A stretch of DNA of 64,000 nucleotides, taken from positions 32,001 to 96,000 of the IMG/VR virus record IMGVR_UViG_3300047160_002053; one strand, given 5' to 3'. This DNA comes from a virus. Of the stretch, positions 28,501 through 37,936 are shown in pieces; the stretch's first letter is position 1; every line of letters begins with the position of its first letter. The translations under genes and the position numbers were made by a program. A model generated the notes under the pieces. It worked only from the letters and a program-made list of their open reading frames with translations. It searched no databases and was not told the DNA's origin.

Positions 28501-31500
28501 GATAGAAAGTAATCGCACCAGCGACTAAAGTTGCCTTATTATTTTCTGCGACAGCTGATCCAGTAGGACGCTGAACAGAGAACGAAGTCGCTGTAGGAGT
28601 GAATCCTGCTTGAGTAGAAACGCGGAAAACTCCGTCATTCGCTTCATTGAATTCAGTAGACTTGGTGATATTTACATATTCTCCACCAGTCAAAGATCCC
28701 AATGCAGGGGCAGTTCCAGTTCCGTTCCAAGTATAAGTAACTTGGTCGATACCAGCTGCAGGAGTATTTGGAGTAACTGAAATATTCCATTCAGTAGACG
28801 CATCAATAGATGTTCCTACCGATGGACCAGATTTCAAGTTAATACGAACGTTAACATTTTCGTCAACAGTGATTACGCTTGAAACGTCAAAATTAGGAAC
28901 AGAAGGATTAGAGTAACCAACATTGATGAACTCACCCGAACGACCCCATGGAGTAGCACGATAAAGGATAGCATTATCATTGCCAGTAGGGTTCAATACT
29001 TTACGAGCTTGCATTAACACTTTGAAGTTAGAAAAATCAAAGCTTGCACCGAAAGCAGACGAGAAATTGGCAGTAGCGCCAGAATCAACGTCGTAAGCAT
29101 TAAAGTTGTTTGGGTTATTGATATTGGTAGTGTTCGTGATAGCGCGACGGTAGAACGGAACCTCGAACGACTTAGAAGTCGTATCGTTGTCAACAACTAC
29201 AACGGCAGTATCACTATGACCAAAATCAAGCGGATTAGCAATATAAAAACGGTCAAAATCACGAAGACGACGGATCAATGGCTGATTGTTGATTCCGATA
29301 GTTCCAGAAGTAACTGATTTTTCTTGTACGTTCTCACCGTATGGCTGAGCATCACGAATAGTTCCGTAAGGATGCAAGAAAGCAACAAGTTCGTTAGGAT
29401 CGCGAGCGCTCAAGTCGATTGCAGGCGGGAACGAAGTAATGTAAGAATCAATTGGATCTGCGTGAACGCCGCCTGAAGCTGCAAGCAAACGAGTGTGAAT
29501 AAACAATGGGAAGCTAGCTTCCGTGTCACCGCTATCATAGAACGCAATCAAAGAATCTTTAGAAGTGTCAGACTCACCAACAGGCAAGTTCAACAACTTA
29601 CCTTGGGTATCAGCAGTAACGATCAGAAGAGATCCGCTTGCGTCTTTAGTGCGAGAACGAACAACGATAAATTGCTCTTCTTGAACGCTAAAGATCAAGC
29701 TATTAGTTTGAGCTTGAAGCTCTGTCGCAATTTGGTCAAGAGTCTTAACGCCAGTAGTGACGCGGAACTTCTGAGGAGCCAAAGTAGAACGGAGAACTAC
29801 GAAACCTTCTGAGAACAATACGCCAGGAGTAGCTGCGATAGCTGCATATTCCGAAGCAGTAACTTCGATGTCAAGAGTGCTATTAGTACGTGCGTAAACA
29901 CGGCCTTCGATACGGTCAGATGCTACAAGCTCTGCGGACCATACGATAACGTAATCGCCGACAAGAACATTTTGGAATGCAGTTGAAACTGTAGAAGTAT
30001 AACGGATGCGATCTGGAGCTACTGCAGAAACTGCAAGAAGCGTATTTCCAGCAACGCCGTTATTGATAATTTGACCAGGATTGTCGATCAACATCCAGAC
30101 GTGAGCGTCTTGAGTGAAAGTGATAGATCCACCAGGAATCTCGTCAGATTGAATACGAGCTTCAGTTTGATCAGAACCTGCAGTCAATTGATCGCCAGCA
30201 ACAAGTGGAGTAACAAGCTTAAATTGAGCAGTGTTACGGTCAAGTTGATAATCAGACTGTTTACCGATAGAAGACAGGCCAATCAATTGGCTGAACATTC
30301 CCTTGGTAACAAGAGTAGAAGTAGGATCAATGACGATAGATGCGCGGTTATTTGCGCCAAGGTTCGATGTGATCTCAAGAGTCGTTCCAACAACAGTGGT
30401 CGTAACGCCCGTAAGTTTCGCATTCAAAACCTGCGCCCAAGCATCAAGAGAATTCGTCGCAGCAACTTGAGTATACAAGCCAGTAGCGATGAAATCTGCG
30501 TCAGTAATAGTGTAAGTGATAAAACCAGTGTTATCGACAGACAGAATCAAAGTGTCGCCTGTAACGATAGTTGCAGACCACAATTGTTGACTTTGAGTGA
30601 AGATAGAAGCAGTCTTTCCGTCTTTAGAAAGAGGGATCTTGTTCTTATACAAACGAAGAGTTTGAATTTGGTTAGAAGGAAATTCTAATTGAACAGCTGC
30701 ATCACGACCAGAAGTCGTGGTTGGAGTAACAACTTGAATAGTGTCGTTACCTTCATAGTTTGCACGGATAACAACGTATTGTCCGCCGCCTGCAGTCGTA
30801 GCTTCAAATCCCAAAGTAGTGTTTGCGTTAATCGAAGCTGTAACCTCGAACGCAGTCGCTCCACCTGGAGAACGGAAATCGCTATTAGCAAAAGTGTGTT
30901 GATAAATCTGCTCACCGACTTGAACGGCAAGAGTGTCTCCACCTACAAGGTCATAAGGTGCAGCGTTTGTAGTTTCTAAGAAAGCTTTTGCAACAGGAGC
31001 TTGGCGTCCGCCAGTAGCAAGTTGGAAATACTGTTCTCCGCCCAAAGCAGAGTCAACGATTGCTTCAAGACCTACGCCAGCGGTTTTAGCTTCGTAGATA
31101 GCGCCATTGTCGATGTAAAGGATAGAACCTTCAGTCGAAGAAATAATAGAAGAAGAAACGATAGATGCGCCTGGTTCATCAGAAGCCGTAGCATCTTGAA
31201 CTGCAGCTTTGATTGCGGTCGGAGTTCCGAGACCAATCGAAGCTAGTGCCTGTTTAATACGAACGCGAAGCTGATCATCAGTTTCAGAATCCGCACCAGT
31301 AGTAAAAGGGAGTGGATTCGTAACAGAAGCTCCTGCGAAAGGAGGAGTTGCGAACGACTTGATCGCTCCACGAGGAACGTTTCCAGAAGATCCAGGCTGT
31401 TGAGCCGCTACTTGAACATTTTCAACGGTAGTTTCACCGTCAAGGATAACTGCCGCAGTAACTACTGAATATTGAATATCAGGAGATGCGCCAGCTGCAG

Positions 31501-32098
31501 GAGAAAGAACGATAGTATTCGCAGGAATAGAGCGGTTTCCACCTTGAGCCAAAATAACCGTCTCGCCGACGTTATGGAATTTAGTGGTAGCCGTATTCAA
31601 ATTGATGACGTAATATCCGCCAACAGGAGTGATCGAAGAATATGCGATTGGACCTTCAACGTTAGGAGTCGAACGGCCAATGTAAATTGAGCCCGAAGCC
31701 GGAAAAGCGGAAGCATCAGAAACCTTGATCTGAGTCGAACCAATGTTCGGAGGGTTAGCGCCCGCGTAAACTTTAGTCGAGATCTTTTGGAACGATGTGT
31801 CAGTAATAGTTACAAGACCACTTGCAGGTTTTGCGGTGATCGGAGTAACTCGATTCTCTTCAGCCAAACGCTTCAAGGCGTCGCCGGTAGCTCTATCTAC
31901 CGAGAAATCGCGAAGAATCTGGAAAACGTCGCCAGACGAACGAGCGACCATCAAAGCTACGACTTCGTAGAACGAAGTTACAGCTGAGCCTACGTTAAAA
32001 TCGTTAATACCCTGCTTTGCAGCGTATGCCGATAACATATCCGATAGAATTTGCTCATATGACTGTGGGACTGGAATTCCACTAGATGATTCGGCCAT
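25514..32098 (-). CDS. giant baseplate J-like (T4 gp6-type) wedge protein, 2194 aa
   Basis: N-terminal J domain ('ATGDAL..LA', 'PGSSGNVP...I', 'TGADSETDDQLRVR'); C-terminal J elements ('AAGAEI', 'NSNPVGQPI..S.IV......PGV'); ~1500 aa of inserted beta domains. Confidence 0.8.
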   Translation of the reverse strand: MAESSSGIPVPQSYEQILSDMLSAYAAKQGINDFNVGSAVTSFYEVVALMVARSSGDVFQILRDFSVDRATGDALKRLAEENRVTPITAKPASGLVTITDTSFQKISTKVYAGANPPNIGSTQIKVSDASAFPASGSIYIGRSTPNVEGPIAYSSITPVGGYYVINLNTATTKFHNVGETVILAQGGNRSIPANTIVLSPAAGASPDIQYSVVTAAVILDGETTVENVQVAAQQPGSSGNVPRGAIKSFATPPFAGASVTNPLPFTTGADSETDDQLRVRIKQALASIGLGTPTAIKAAVQDATASDEPGASIVSSSIISSTEGSILYIDNGAIYEAKTAGVGLEAIVDSALGGEQYFQLATGGRQAPVAKAFLETTNAAPYDLVGGDTLAVQVGEQIYQHTFANSDFRSPGGATAFEVTASINANTTLGFEATTAGGGQYVVIRANYEGNDTIQVVTPTTTSGRDAAVQLEFPSNQIQTLRLYKNKIPLSKDGKTASIFTQSQQLWSATIVTGDTLILSVDNTGFITYTITDADFIATGLYTQVAATNSLDAWAQVLNAKLTGVTTTVVGTTLEITSNLGANNRASIVIDPTSTLVTKGMFSQLIGLSSIGKQSDYQLDRNTAQFKLVTPLVAGDQLTAGSDQTEARIQSDEIPGGSITFTQDAHVWMLIDNPGQIINNGVAGNTLLAVSAVAPDRIRYTSTVSTAFQNVLVGDYVIVWSAELVASDRIEGRVYARTNSTLDIEVTASEYAAIAATPGVLFSEGFVVLRSTLAPQKFRVTTGVKTLDQIATELQAQTNSLIFSVQEEQFIVVRSRTKDASGSLLIVTADTQGKLLNLPVGESDTSKDSLIAFYDSGDTEASFPLFIHTRLLAASGGVHADPIDSYITSFPPAIDLSARDPNELVAFLHPYGTIRDAQPYGENVQEKSVTSGTIGINNQPLIRRLRDFDRFYIANPLDFGHSDTAVVVVDNDTTSKSFEVPFYRRAITNTTNINNPNNFNAYDVDSGATANFSSAFGASFDFSNFKVLMQARKVLNPTGNDNAILYRATPWGRSGEFINVGYSNPSVPNFDVSSVITVDENVNVRINLKSGPSVGTSIDASTEWNISVTPNTPAAGIDQVTYTWNGTGTAPALGSLTGGEYVNITKSTEFNEANDGVFRVSTQAGFTPTATSFSVQRPTGSAVAENNKATLVAGAITFYQSATTTAADIQAYVAANLGDYFTATLVNDPNPPANGTGTIALSTYEDSGFQYESVFLKDGINWIASSNLGGSPNFTFKKSLSLPSDQGYAFNNGEELRLVPTTMDQVRRLISVLAVTGLTTVATVGVVDRGSKLELATDTLGSDGSIQIIGGLANGYEVPVLDTATRVDNQLASVSVDKVAAQGIHSDQWFRLQATNTQRKEALFSSNTSITVLSNVPAVGFSTIKLLSRALNQRYFGKPRHHLRTQNRTFRVEKQGALACLSWTGDNASPQFIKTAVNFNDAGGGTINVSKVSGTSEAEYLILTGAANFNELSIGDLVTISGLPQADNNGTFPVTGVSDDGTTLRVLNPNAVDEFSSGTFTFGTNSTAGDTFTIGTSNLVAGTDFAIGATAADTAANLSAVIGTLPNVTSSSNGNIVTVTATGPDQSTALAYAGTGTVTVSSANLVGDAFVAGDFSASTEVSEGDTMIVGAPFTVLNQGKFRVIRRYNNSVWYENANTVEEEVTLPLNAISVGYDATTSIKVNASNHSLYLNWNGVGTQPNFENARAGDILTLGVDFNAANQGQFMVLRTGAALAEITNLVMPAGSNFTIGGAGTYFLIQSAGDVNLYYVWFNVNGSNSDPAVVGRTGIQVSILSGDTAVSVAAKAALAVGAATGLTASASNGVTTVTTTGLQETTDASNVNVPAPFTVNLVQQGRRTFLEAINPSAVNEAAVFVTTPNGLQVHRPQIQFYEYEATVAGDLFVATGDTLTTQNAGSYVVSDVIDRDTAVITGTLAPLTNVSLNGRETSVYVEEGVAYSGYKHVLFASQQPGAPFRSLITFDTNAQYSKIDEAAGVQLTSLSKMDFNTTIRKGLDSYRYNTGLIAEANRIIYGDPRDPTTYPGVGAAGAEIFSREPLTRRIQVSVVIRINTGVPFAQTAEQVRTSVSSLVNSNPVGQPIAFSAIVSAVNAIPGVRAMAIDSPQYDSTHDIIFIAPSEKARIIDPVLDISVSQNGT

Positions 32099-32118
32099 TT
32101 AGATCTCCGTTATACCTT

Positions 32119-32125
32119 TAAGATT
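32119..32125 (-). promoter_or_regulatory. AATCTTA candidate late promoter
   Basis: 20 nt upstream of ATG 32098 (GGAG RBS between). Confidence 0.55.
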
Positions 32126-32148
32126 CGCGTTTCTCATTATCCTATATA

Positions 32149-34734
32149 TCACGCCGCCAGCTCAAAAGTGAGCGGGAATACGCCCTGGACACCAGCTATA
32201 ACGACGCCCATGGAAATTGACAGAACTGGACCGTTTAGGGAGATCTGGAGGCTATCCAGACCCGCGAATCGTGGGTCCTGTTCGATTAACTTATTGATAG
32301 AATTATAGATTTCCTGAACATTGACATCAGAAGTCATAATTCCTGCTTTAATACCTACCCCGAAATCAGGATGAGTGATCAATTTTCCCTTTTCAGTGGA
32401 AAGCTTGATCTTAATCGCTTGGATTAAATTTGTCATTCCCGCAGAATAACGGAAATCACCAAAACTGTTTGTGGCAACATCACCAGTATCGGTCAAAAGC
32501 CAATCAACCTTGCTCAGGCCGACCAAAGGATCAGCTGCTACAGACGTAGGAACTAAAATATTGGCATCATTTGATACCGGAAGATTGCTCGGGATAAAGA
32601 TTTTCTGTTGACTATTAACCGTTCCAGGCAAGTAAGCTTGAACGTAAGCCTTATCTGCCGTTACGAATGAATCAAGGTTTGGCTCTCCATCCAAAGAAAG
32701 CAGGAAGCTTGTGTCAGAAAGACGGTCGATTCCCAAAATTCTACGAGCGCTTGGCTGTTGAGTAGAGCTTTGAAGAACGATACGTTGTCCGATATACATG
32801 TCCGCAACGTCCGAAATAGTGATTTGACGACCTGTTGCGTTAGAAAGCAATGGGCGCTGGAAACCATTTTCATCAATATAAGGATCGCGAAGATTGTTCA
32901 AAGTGGCGATTTCAATCCAACGCTGAGGGTCGCCAAGATAACGAGATGCAATCTGCTCAATGTTCAAACCAAAAGGAACTGGAGCAAGAATTTTAGAGTC
33001 TGGAATATCGAACGCGATACCTGCTTGATCAGCAAGACCGGCAACGTATTCCATGTTCGATTGTTTCTGGTCGTCATCAACTTCAGTAGTCGCAGTCAAA
33101 ATATCGTAAGACTGCATGACATCATAAAGAGCCTTCAAGAGTTCGTACTCATCAAGGGTCATAGGAGTCAAACGAGTCGATGGAGTTGGACGACCATAAA
33201 TCTGGCTGTAGAAAGCGTCACCGGCACCGAAGTTATTCGAGAGTTGGAGGGCAAGATCTTGAATAACAGCGCGTTGCTCTTTCAAATCGGCTACGCTAGT
33301 TGTACGTGCATCTTCGATAACTTGATCGACTGCAGCTTGTTGAGCATTGTTTAAGCTCATGCTATAGACCGGAACATTATCCATCAATTGGAAGTTGCGC
33401 TCTGGAGCACGGAACACGTTATCGCTTGGATCAATAGAATTCGCTGTAGCGGCCTTTGAACCGAGTTGTCCGCCCGATACCGCTGACATAGAAAGACCTT
33501 CAACTTGCGCAAAAGAAGCATTGACAGAAGTCAATGCGCTACGAACAGAAGGATCGCTAGAAGTCGTAGAGATAGAACTGCTTAAAATCTTCAAGCTATC
33601 TTTGATCGAACTTGCATAGTCACGCTGAATTTGAAAAGGAAGATCTGCAGCGGTAACTGCAACACCTGCTAAATCTTTAATGAACAGTGCGCCCTGCCTT
33701 AAAACATCTAGAGGACGTTCAACGTCAGAACGAACTGCACCAATCAAGTCGATGGCCGCAGACGTGAGTTTGCGCGCTTCACTGATTGTATTCAAAATAC
33801 GATTCAAAATTCCAGGACTGATAGGCTGGATAGAAGGCTGAACCGCAGGAGCTTTTTCTGCAAGCTCAATACGACGCCATGCTTTCAATGTGAAAGAGTA
33901 ATTGATCCAAGTTGCCTTGTTTTCATTTTGACTCCATTGAAAAATCATAGGAGTTACTACGAAAGACTGATTCTGCTTTGGAATATCAAAAACTAGACGC
34001 CAAGAAGCATTCTTAGGGTTTTTCTTAGCTTCAGCATACTGCTCAAGGAATTGTTGCAAAGCAAGTGCGTGATAATATCCCGTACTAGTTGCACCTGCAG
34101 CTGTTTCTTGAGGTTTTTGCGTCGATGGCTTACTGTTCGGAGACCCTGATGTCGCTGAATTCAATACTTTTTGAAATTGAGAAACAACGTTAGTCACGCC
34201 CTCCAAGGTACCGCCAAATAGGGACTGAAGGACTGACGGACTTTGAGGAGGGCTTGTGACGGAACTTCTATATGGCCAAACACCCATTGTTCCGGATGCT
34301 TGGATCATTTTAAATTTTAGGCCGCCGTGTTCTTCGGTAATACCGCGAATTGTGGCAGTCGTATTGATTGCAAACTGATCAGTGATCGTTAACTGCTGAG
34401 GAGTAATAGGAAGACGAAATACCCATTGATTTCCCAATGGAATGAAGCTTATTGTAGAAAAAGTATCATTTGTAACGAATTCAACGCTTGGTGCGCCAGA
34501 ATTACCGCCTACTGTCTGACCAGTAGCGGCGTCAACGACCAAAAGACGATATGGGAACAATTGATCCCAGCGAGCGGGGTCAATAGTCATAGCCGCCCAA
34601 AAACGACTAGATACGTCGTTCCATGGAACTGTAGTGTTCTGGCGTGCGCTCTTAATGAGCCTATCCGCATCGGATAGTCCACTAAAACTGCTTGGATTAC
34701 TAACCAATTGCGTTACGGAATCTAAAAATGACAT
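32149..34734 (-). CDS. tail tube initiator / LysM-like / gp25-like baseplate fusion protein
   Basis: N-term 'FRLPITPQQLTI...T.RGITEEH.G...I..SGT.G'; central 'IEQIASRYLGDPQRW.EIATLNNL..PYI'; C-term gp25/gpW 'QAIKIKLSTEKG.L..HPDFG.G'. Confidence 0.7.
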   Translation of the reverse strand: MSFLDSVTQLVSNPSSFSGLSDADRLIKSARQNTTVPWNDVSSRFWAAMTIDPARWDQLFPYRLLVVDAATGQTVGGNSGAPSVEFVTNDTFSTISFIPLGNQWVFRLPITPQQLTITDQFAINTTATIRGITEEHGGLKFKMIQASGTMGVWPYRSSVTSPPQSPSVLQSLFGGTLEGVTNVVSQFQKVLNSATSGSPNSKPSTQKPQETAAGATSTGYYHALALQQFLEQYAEAKKNPKNASWRLVFDIPKQNQSFVVTPMIFQWSQNENKATWINYSFTLKAWRRIELAEKAPAVQPSIQPISPGILNRILNTISEARKLTSAAIDLIGAVRSDVERPLDVLRQGALFIKDLAGVAVTAADLPFQIQRDYASSIKDSLKILSSSISTTSSDPSVRSALTSVNASFAQVEGLSMSAVSGGQLGSKAATANSIDPSDNVFRAPERNFQLMDNVPVYSMSLNNAQQAAVDQVIEDARTTSVADLKEQRAVIQDLALQLSNNFGAGDAFYSQIYGRPTPSTRLTPMTLDEYELLKALYDVMQSYDILTATTEVDDDQKQSNMEYVAGLADQAGIAFDIPDSKILAPVPFGLNIEQIASRYLGDPQRWIEIATLNNLRDPYIDENGFQRPLLSNATGRQITISDVADMYIGQRIVLQSSTQQPSARRILGIDRLSDTSFLLSLDGEPNLDSFVTADKAYVQAYLPGTVNSQQKIFIPSNLPVSNDANILVPTSVAADPLVGLSKVDWLLTDTGDVATNSFGDFRYSAGMTNLIQAIKIKLSTEKGKLITHPDFGVGIKAGIMTSDVNVQEIYNSINKLIEQDPRFAGLDSLQISLNGPVLSISMGVVIAGVQGVFPLTFELAA

Positions 34735-34750
34735 GTTTTGCCCTCTTCAA

Positions 34751-34757
34751 TAAGATT
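34751..34757 (-). promoter_or_regulatory. AATCTTA candidate late promoter
   Basis: 16 nt upstream of ATG 34734 (GAGGG RBS between). Confidence 0.55.
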
Positions 34758-34797
34758 ACGGGTAGAAAGACTCCCTAAAATGTGATATATCAGAGAT

Positions 34798-35379
34798 ATG
34801 AAGCGTTTGATTTTACTTTCATTTTTATTTGCCCTAGGATCGTGCGTAGCTCCTTCTCAGCACGGCGATTTGAAGCCAAAAGAGAAGCCTGAGCACTCTA
34901 TTGAGATTACGGACCCCGAAATTAAAGTGATTTCGGACTCATATTTTGATATAAGTAAGCGATTTAACTTAGGTTTTAGCAGAAAAGTCAGTATTGGATT
35001 CACAAAAATACCCAAAGACAACGTGATTGGACTTTGTACTTTCGGTAAAGATTTCAGAGAGATAGACCTTGACGCTGACTTTTGGAATCGAGCTAGCTGG
35101 CCCTCAAAAGTAGCGCTTCTTTACCATGAAATGACGCACTGCTACTGTACCAGAGAACATGATTTCGACGGCGGTACAATGTACCCAGATGGATCGCTCA
35201 GATACATTCTGGACCGATTCACAAGAAATATGCCTTCGCCCCTAAAACCTGAAGGATACCTGGATGACGGATGTCCGAAATCAATTATGCATCCGATTAT
35301 CGTGGACAACTACTGCTTCAATAAGCATTATGGTTACTATATCGAAGAAATGTTTAACCGCTGTGATCCTTGGAAATAA
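34798..35379 (+). CDS. lipoprotein zinc metallopeptidase (metzincin-like)
   Basis: Signal with lipobox LGSC; HEMTHCYCTREH (HExxHxxxxxH); Met-turn 'SIMHP'. Confidence 0.8.
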   Translation: MKRLILLSFLFALGSCVAPSQHGDLKPKEKPEHSIEITDPEIKVISDSYFDISKRFNLGFSRKVSIGFTKIPKDNVIGLCTFGKDFREIDLDADFWNRASWPSKVALLYHEMTHCYCTREHDFDGGTMYPDGSLRYILDRFTRNMPSPLKPEGYLDDGCPKSIMHPIIVDNYCFNKHYGYYIEEMFNRCDPWK

Positions 35380-35380
35380 A

Positions 35381-35734
35381 ATGCTAAATTCAGACGAAAG
35401 AGATGTTATCAAAAAGGTTTACGCAAAATTCGTAGAATCTGACACTGCTGGAAACGAAGGTTGGTCTGACATTGATGAGAATATGTCATACTTAGCATAT
35501 CTAACCGATGCAGAAGTGATCATAGAAGCTGCGGCGAAAATTCATCAACAAAAATTGGGCAATCCGCGATGTAATCTGGATCATCCTACTACTGAATGTT
35601 TTGTCCCGACAGTTCTTGAAGCAGCAGACATTGTTATTGATCTTTACACCAAAACAGGCCATCTGCCTAATAAGAATAGATTTTTACTTGAGTATTATCT
35701 GACTTTAAGCTTTATCGGCTATATCGTAAGTTAA
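35381..35734 (+). CDS. hypothetical protein (117 aa)
   Basis: ATG immediately after the peptidase stop. Confidence 0.65.
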   Translation: MLNSDERDVIKKVYAKFVESDTAGNEGWSDIDENMSYLAYLTDAEVIIEAAAKIHQQKLGNPRCNLDHPTTECFVPTVLEAADIVIDLYTKTGHLPNKNRFLLEYYLTLSFIGYIVS

Positions 35735-37107
35735 GACAGATCTTTGTAAAGACGAGCCTTAGATCCAGGATTGTACTTGGCAGGCACGATGTCATTTAAC
35801 GTAACAGAATTCCCATTCACAGATTTAATAGAGCGCTGAAGTTCGTCTTGCTGATCAGCAATAACCCAGACCGCGTCACCTGGCTGAAACATGCTTGCGT
35901 CTGCTAGAGCGACAACTGTAGTTCCGTTACCTGGACTTCCGAGAAGTGAAGTGGGAAGAATAGAAAGATAAGTTGCTTTCTGAGATTTAGTGCTAGAGAT
36001 GATCGCATCTTGAGCGCCGGAAGAACCTTGTAGTCCGGCGAGTTGCATCAAAGAACCAGCTAAAATATCGAGGCGCAGATTTAAAAGCCCATATCTTTTG
36101 AAATAAAGACCTGTACCACTTGCTTCGCCAGTATTCAAATCCTGAGTAACTGTACCTAAAATCGTATTTAATTGTCCAAGACGAGTGGTTTGGAAAGAAT
36201 TACGAGTGTTCAATGCGGATTGCAAAGCTGCAAGCTGTACCGAATGAAGTTTAGTTGGTGCCAAAAGATTCGAGTTGTAGCTATTGAAACCGATACAAGT
36301 GGTCTGTCCGTGTGCGGTATTGAAGTCAACATAAGCAAGCCAAGTGTTTAGCGCAGGGATAATGACGTTGTTAATGTTATTAATAGCTGCTTGATTGATT
36401 GCTTGATTCGCAGGATCGTTAGTAACAATACCAGCTGCTTCGGTTTGAAGAAAAGTCTTCAAATTATTTACAGCGGTCACAAGATTAGTTTTTAAAGTCT
36501 GAATAGCAGGATCGTTTGCGATTAAATCAGGGCCAGGAGTCCACGTTCCGCCGCCAGTCGTACAGGCAGCTTGAGTCGTGTACTGAGGAAGCGAACAAGT
36601 TCCAGTTGCTCCGCAAGATTGTCCAGTAGTATTCTGGATGTCAGTATTGCTAGAAGCTGAAGTGATCAATGTTAGGCAAGCCTGAATCAGATCTCCCTCT
36701 TTGGTCGTAGATCCATAAGCTTCAATGTAATTTTTACCAATAATATAGGTGAGAGCAAAAGGTTTAGTTTTAACCCATACGTTATGAGTAGCCGAAAGAC
36801 TAGGAACCGTTACGGTCGTATCATTAGGATAGAAATGATTCTGCAATTTCTTATTCGCAGAATCTTGAATGTCTTGCTCTACAATCGTAGTGCGCAAGTT
36901 TCCATCAAGCATATTGTATTCAGTTTGATAAGCAGTGACCATAGCATTAACCGGATCGAACAGATTTTTGTTCGCTTGGTCAAGCTTGGCTACTTTATCA
37001 AGCTGAGTCTGCAGCTGAGCCTTAGCGGTTGTAAGCGCCTTGATAGTATCATCAGCACTAACAATGCTCAGCGAGAATGCAATACGGTCATCTTTTGACA
37101 ATGGCAT
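35731..37107 (-). CDS. putative virion structural protein (~458 aa)
   Basis: In the tail operon; coiled coils, Cys-containing 'C..P.Y.TQ..C...GG.W' motif, C-terminal beta-barrel; TAATG-coupled start at 37107. Confidence 0.65.
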   Translation of the reverse strand: MPLSKDDRIAFSLSIVSADDTIKALTTAKAQLQTQLDKVAKLDQANKNLFDPVNAMVTAYQTEYNMLDGNLRTTIVEQDIQDSANKKLQNHFYPNDTTVTVPSLSATHNVWVKTKPFALTYIIGKNYIEAYGSTTKEGDLIQACLTLITSASSNTDIQNTTGQSCGATGTCSLPQYTTQAACTTGGGTWTPGPDLIANDPAIQTLKTNLVTAVNNLKTFLQTEAAGIVTNDPANQAINQAAINNINNVIIPALNTWLAYVDFNTAHGQTTCIGFNSYNSNLLAPTKLHSVQLAALQSALNTRNSFQTTRLGQLNTILGTVTQDLNTGEASGTGLYFKRYGLLNLRLDILAGSLMQLAGLQGSSGAQDAIISSTKSQKATYLSILPTSLLGSPGNGTTVVALADASMFQPGDAVWVIADQQDELQRSIKSVNGNSVTLNDIVPAKYNPGSKARLYKDLS

Positions 37108-37385
37108 TAGTGAATCCTCAAAGGCCAAATCTTAAAGTTGTTAAGACATTTCTCGGCATCGGCTTTCTGTTCTTCATTTCCATACTTCTTCATATGGCGC
37201 AAGCTCTCAAGAACTTGCTCAAATAGGGCTTCGGCACGATCTTTACTAAATGACATCTTGCCAGATTCACTCTCCAGCATTTCGTCACCTATTTGAATAT
37301 AATAATACTGAGCCTCAATTGCCATTACTTCCGCCATTGTGTAGTCTGCATACATTATATCAGATTTCTTGCCGTTTTTGCTCAT
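37107..37385 (-). CDS. hypothetical protein (92 aa)
   Basis: Packed ORF in the operon. Confidence 0.65.
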   Translation of the reverse strand: MSKNGKKSDIMYADYTMAEVMAIEAQYYYIQIGDEMLESESGKMSFSKDRAEALFEQVLESLRHMKKYGNEEQKADAEKCLNNFKIWPLRIH

Positions 37386-37387
37386 AT

Positions 37388-37927
37388 TTACCCCAAGAAT
37401 GCGTGCATTGAAACGATTGTCACGAGATCATACAAAGTATGACACAGCATGACAGTTCCGAAACCTACCTCTTGTCCTTTCTTAAATGTAAAAGGAATAT
37501 AGAAACTTAACGCAGCAGCTGCAATCCAGCCCTGATAAACGTGGCCTAAACCGAATGATACCATGACTATCGCAATCGCAATCCATGTCAAAGCTTTCTT
37601 CCACCATTTATCTTTCCCTAACCAACGAGACAAAATCGCCAGCGGAAGTCCGTGACATGCATCTTCCCAGAAAACAGTCAGCGTGGCTTGCCAAGGAATT
37701 ATCATGGCACCAGAAGTCATATCGTGCAACTGCTCATTTCCAGCAAAAGTCCTGAAAATAAACCATCTGTATGCGGTGATACCGCACAGAAACAGAATCC
37801 ATTTTGCAATTGGCTTCCATTCGATCCTCAAAAGGTCTTTATGTTTTGATTGCCAGGTCGCATAGAGCATAAAAAGCCCCATGATCCAATAAGGAAACAT
37901 CCTGAGTGCTACTTCCTGAAACGTCAT
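37388..37927 (-). CDS. CPBP (CAAX protease/Abi) family intramembrane metalloprotease
   Basis: Multiple TM helices; motif 1 variant WEDACHG, motif 2 FGLGH, motif 4 HTLYD. Confidence 0.75.
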   Translation of the reverse strand: MTFQEVALRMFPYWIMGLFMLYATWQSKHKDLLRIEWKPIAKWILFLCGITAYRWFIFRTFAGNEQLHDMTSGAMIIPWQATLTVFWEDACHGLPLAILSRWLGKDKWWKKALTWIAIAIVMVSFGLGHVYQGWIAAAALSFYIPFTFKKGQEVGFGTVMLCHTLYDLVTIVSMHAFLG

Positions 37928-37936
37928 AAAATCTCC

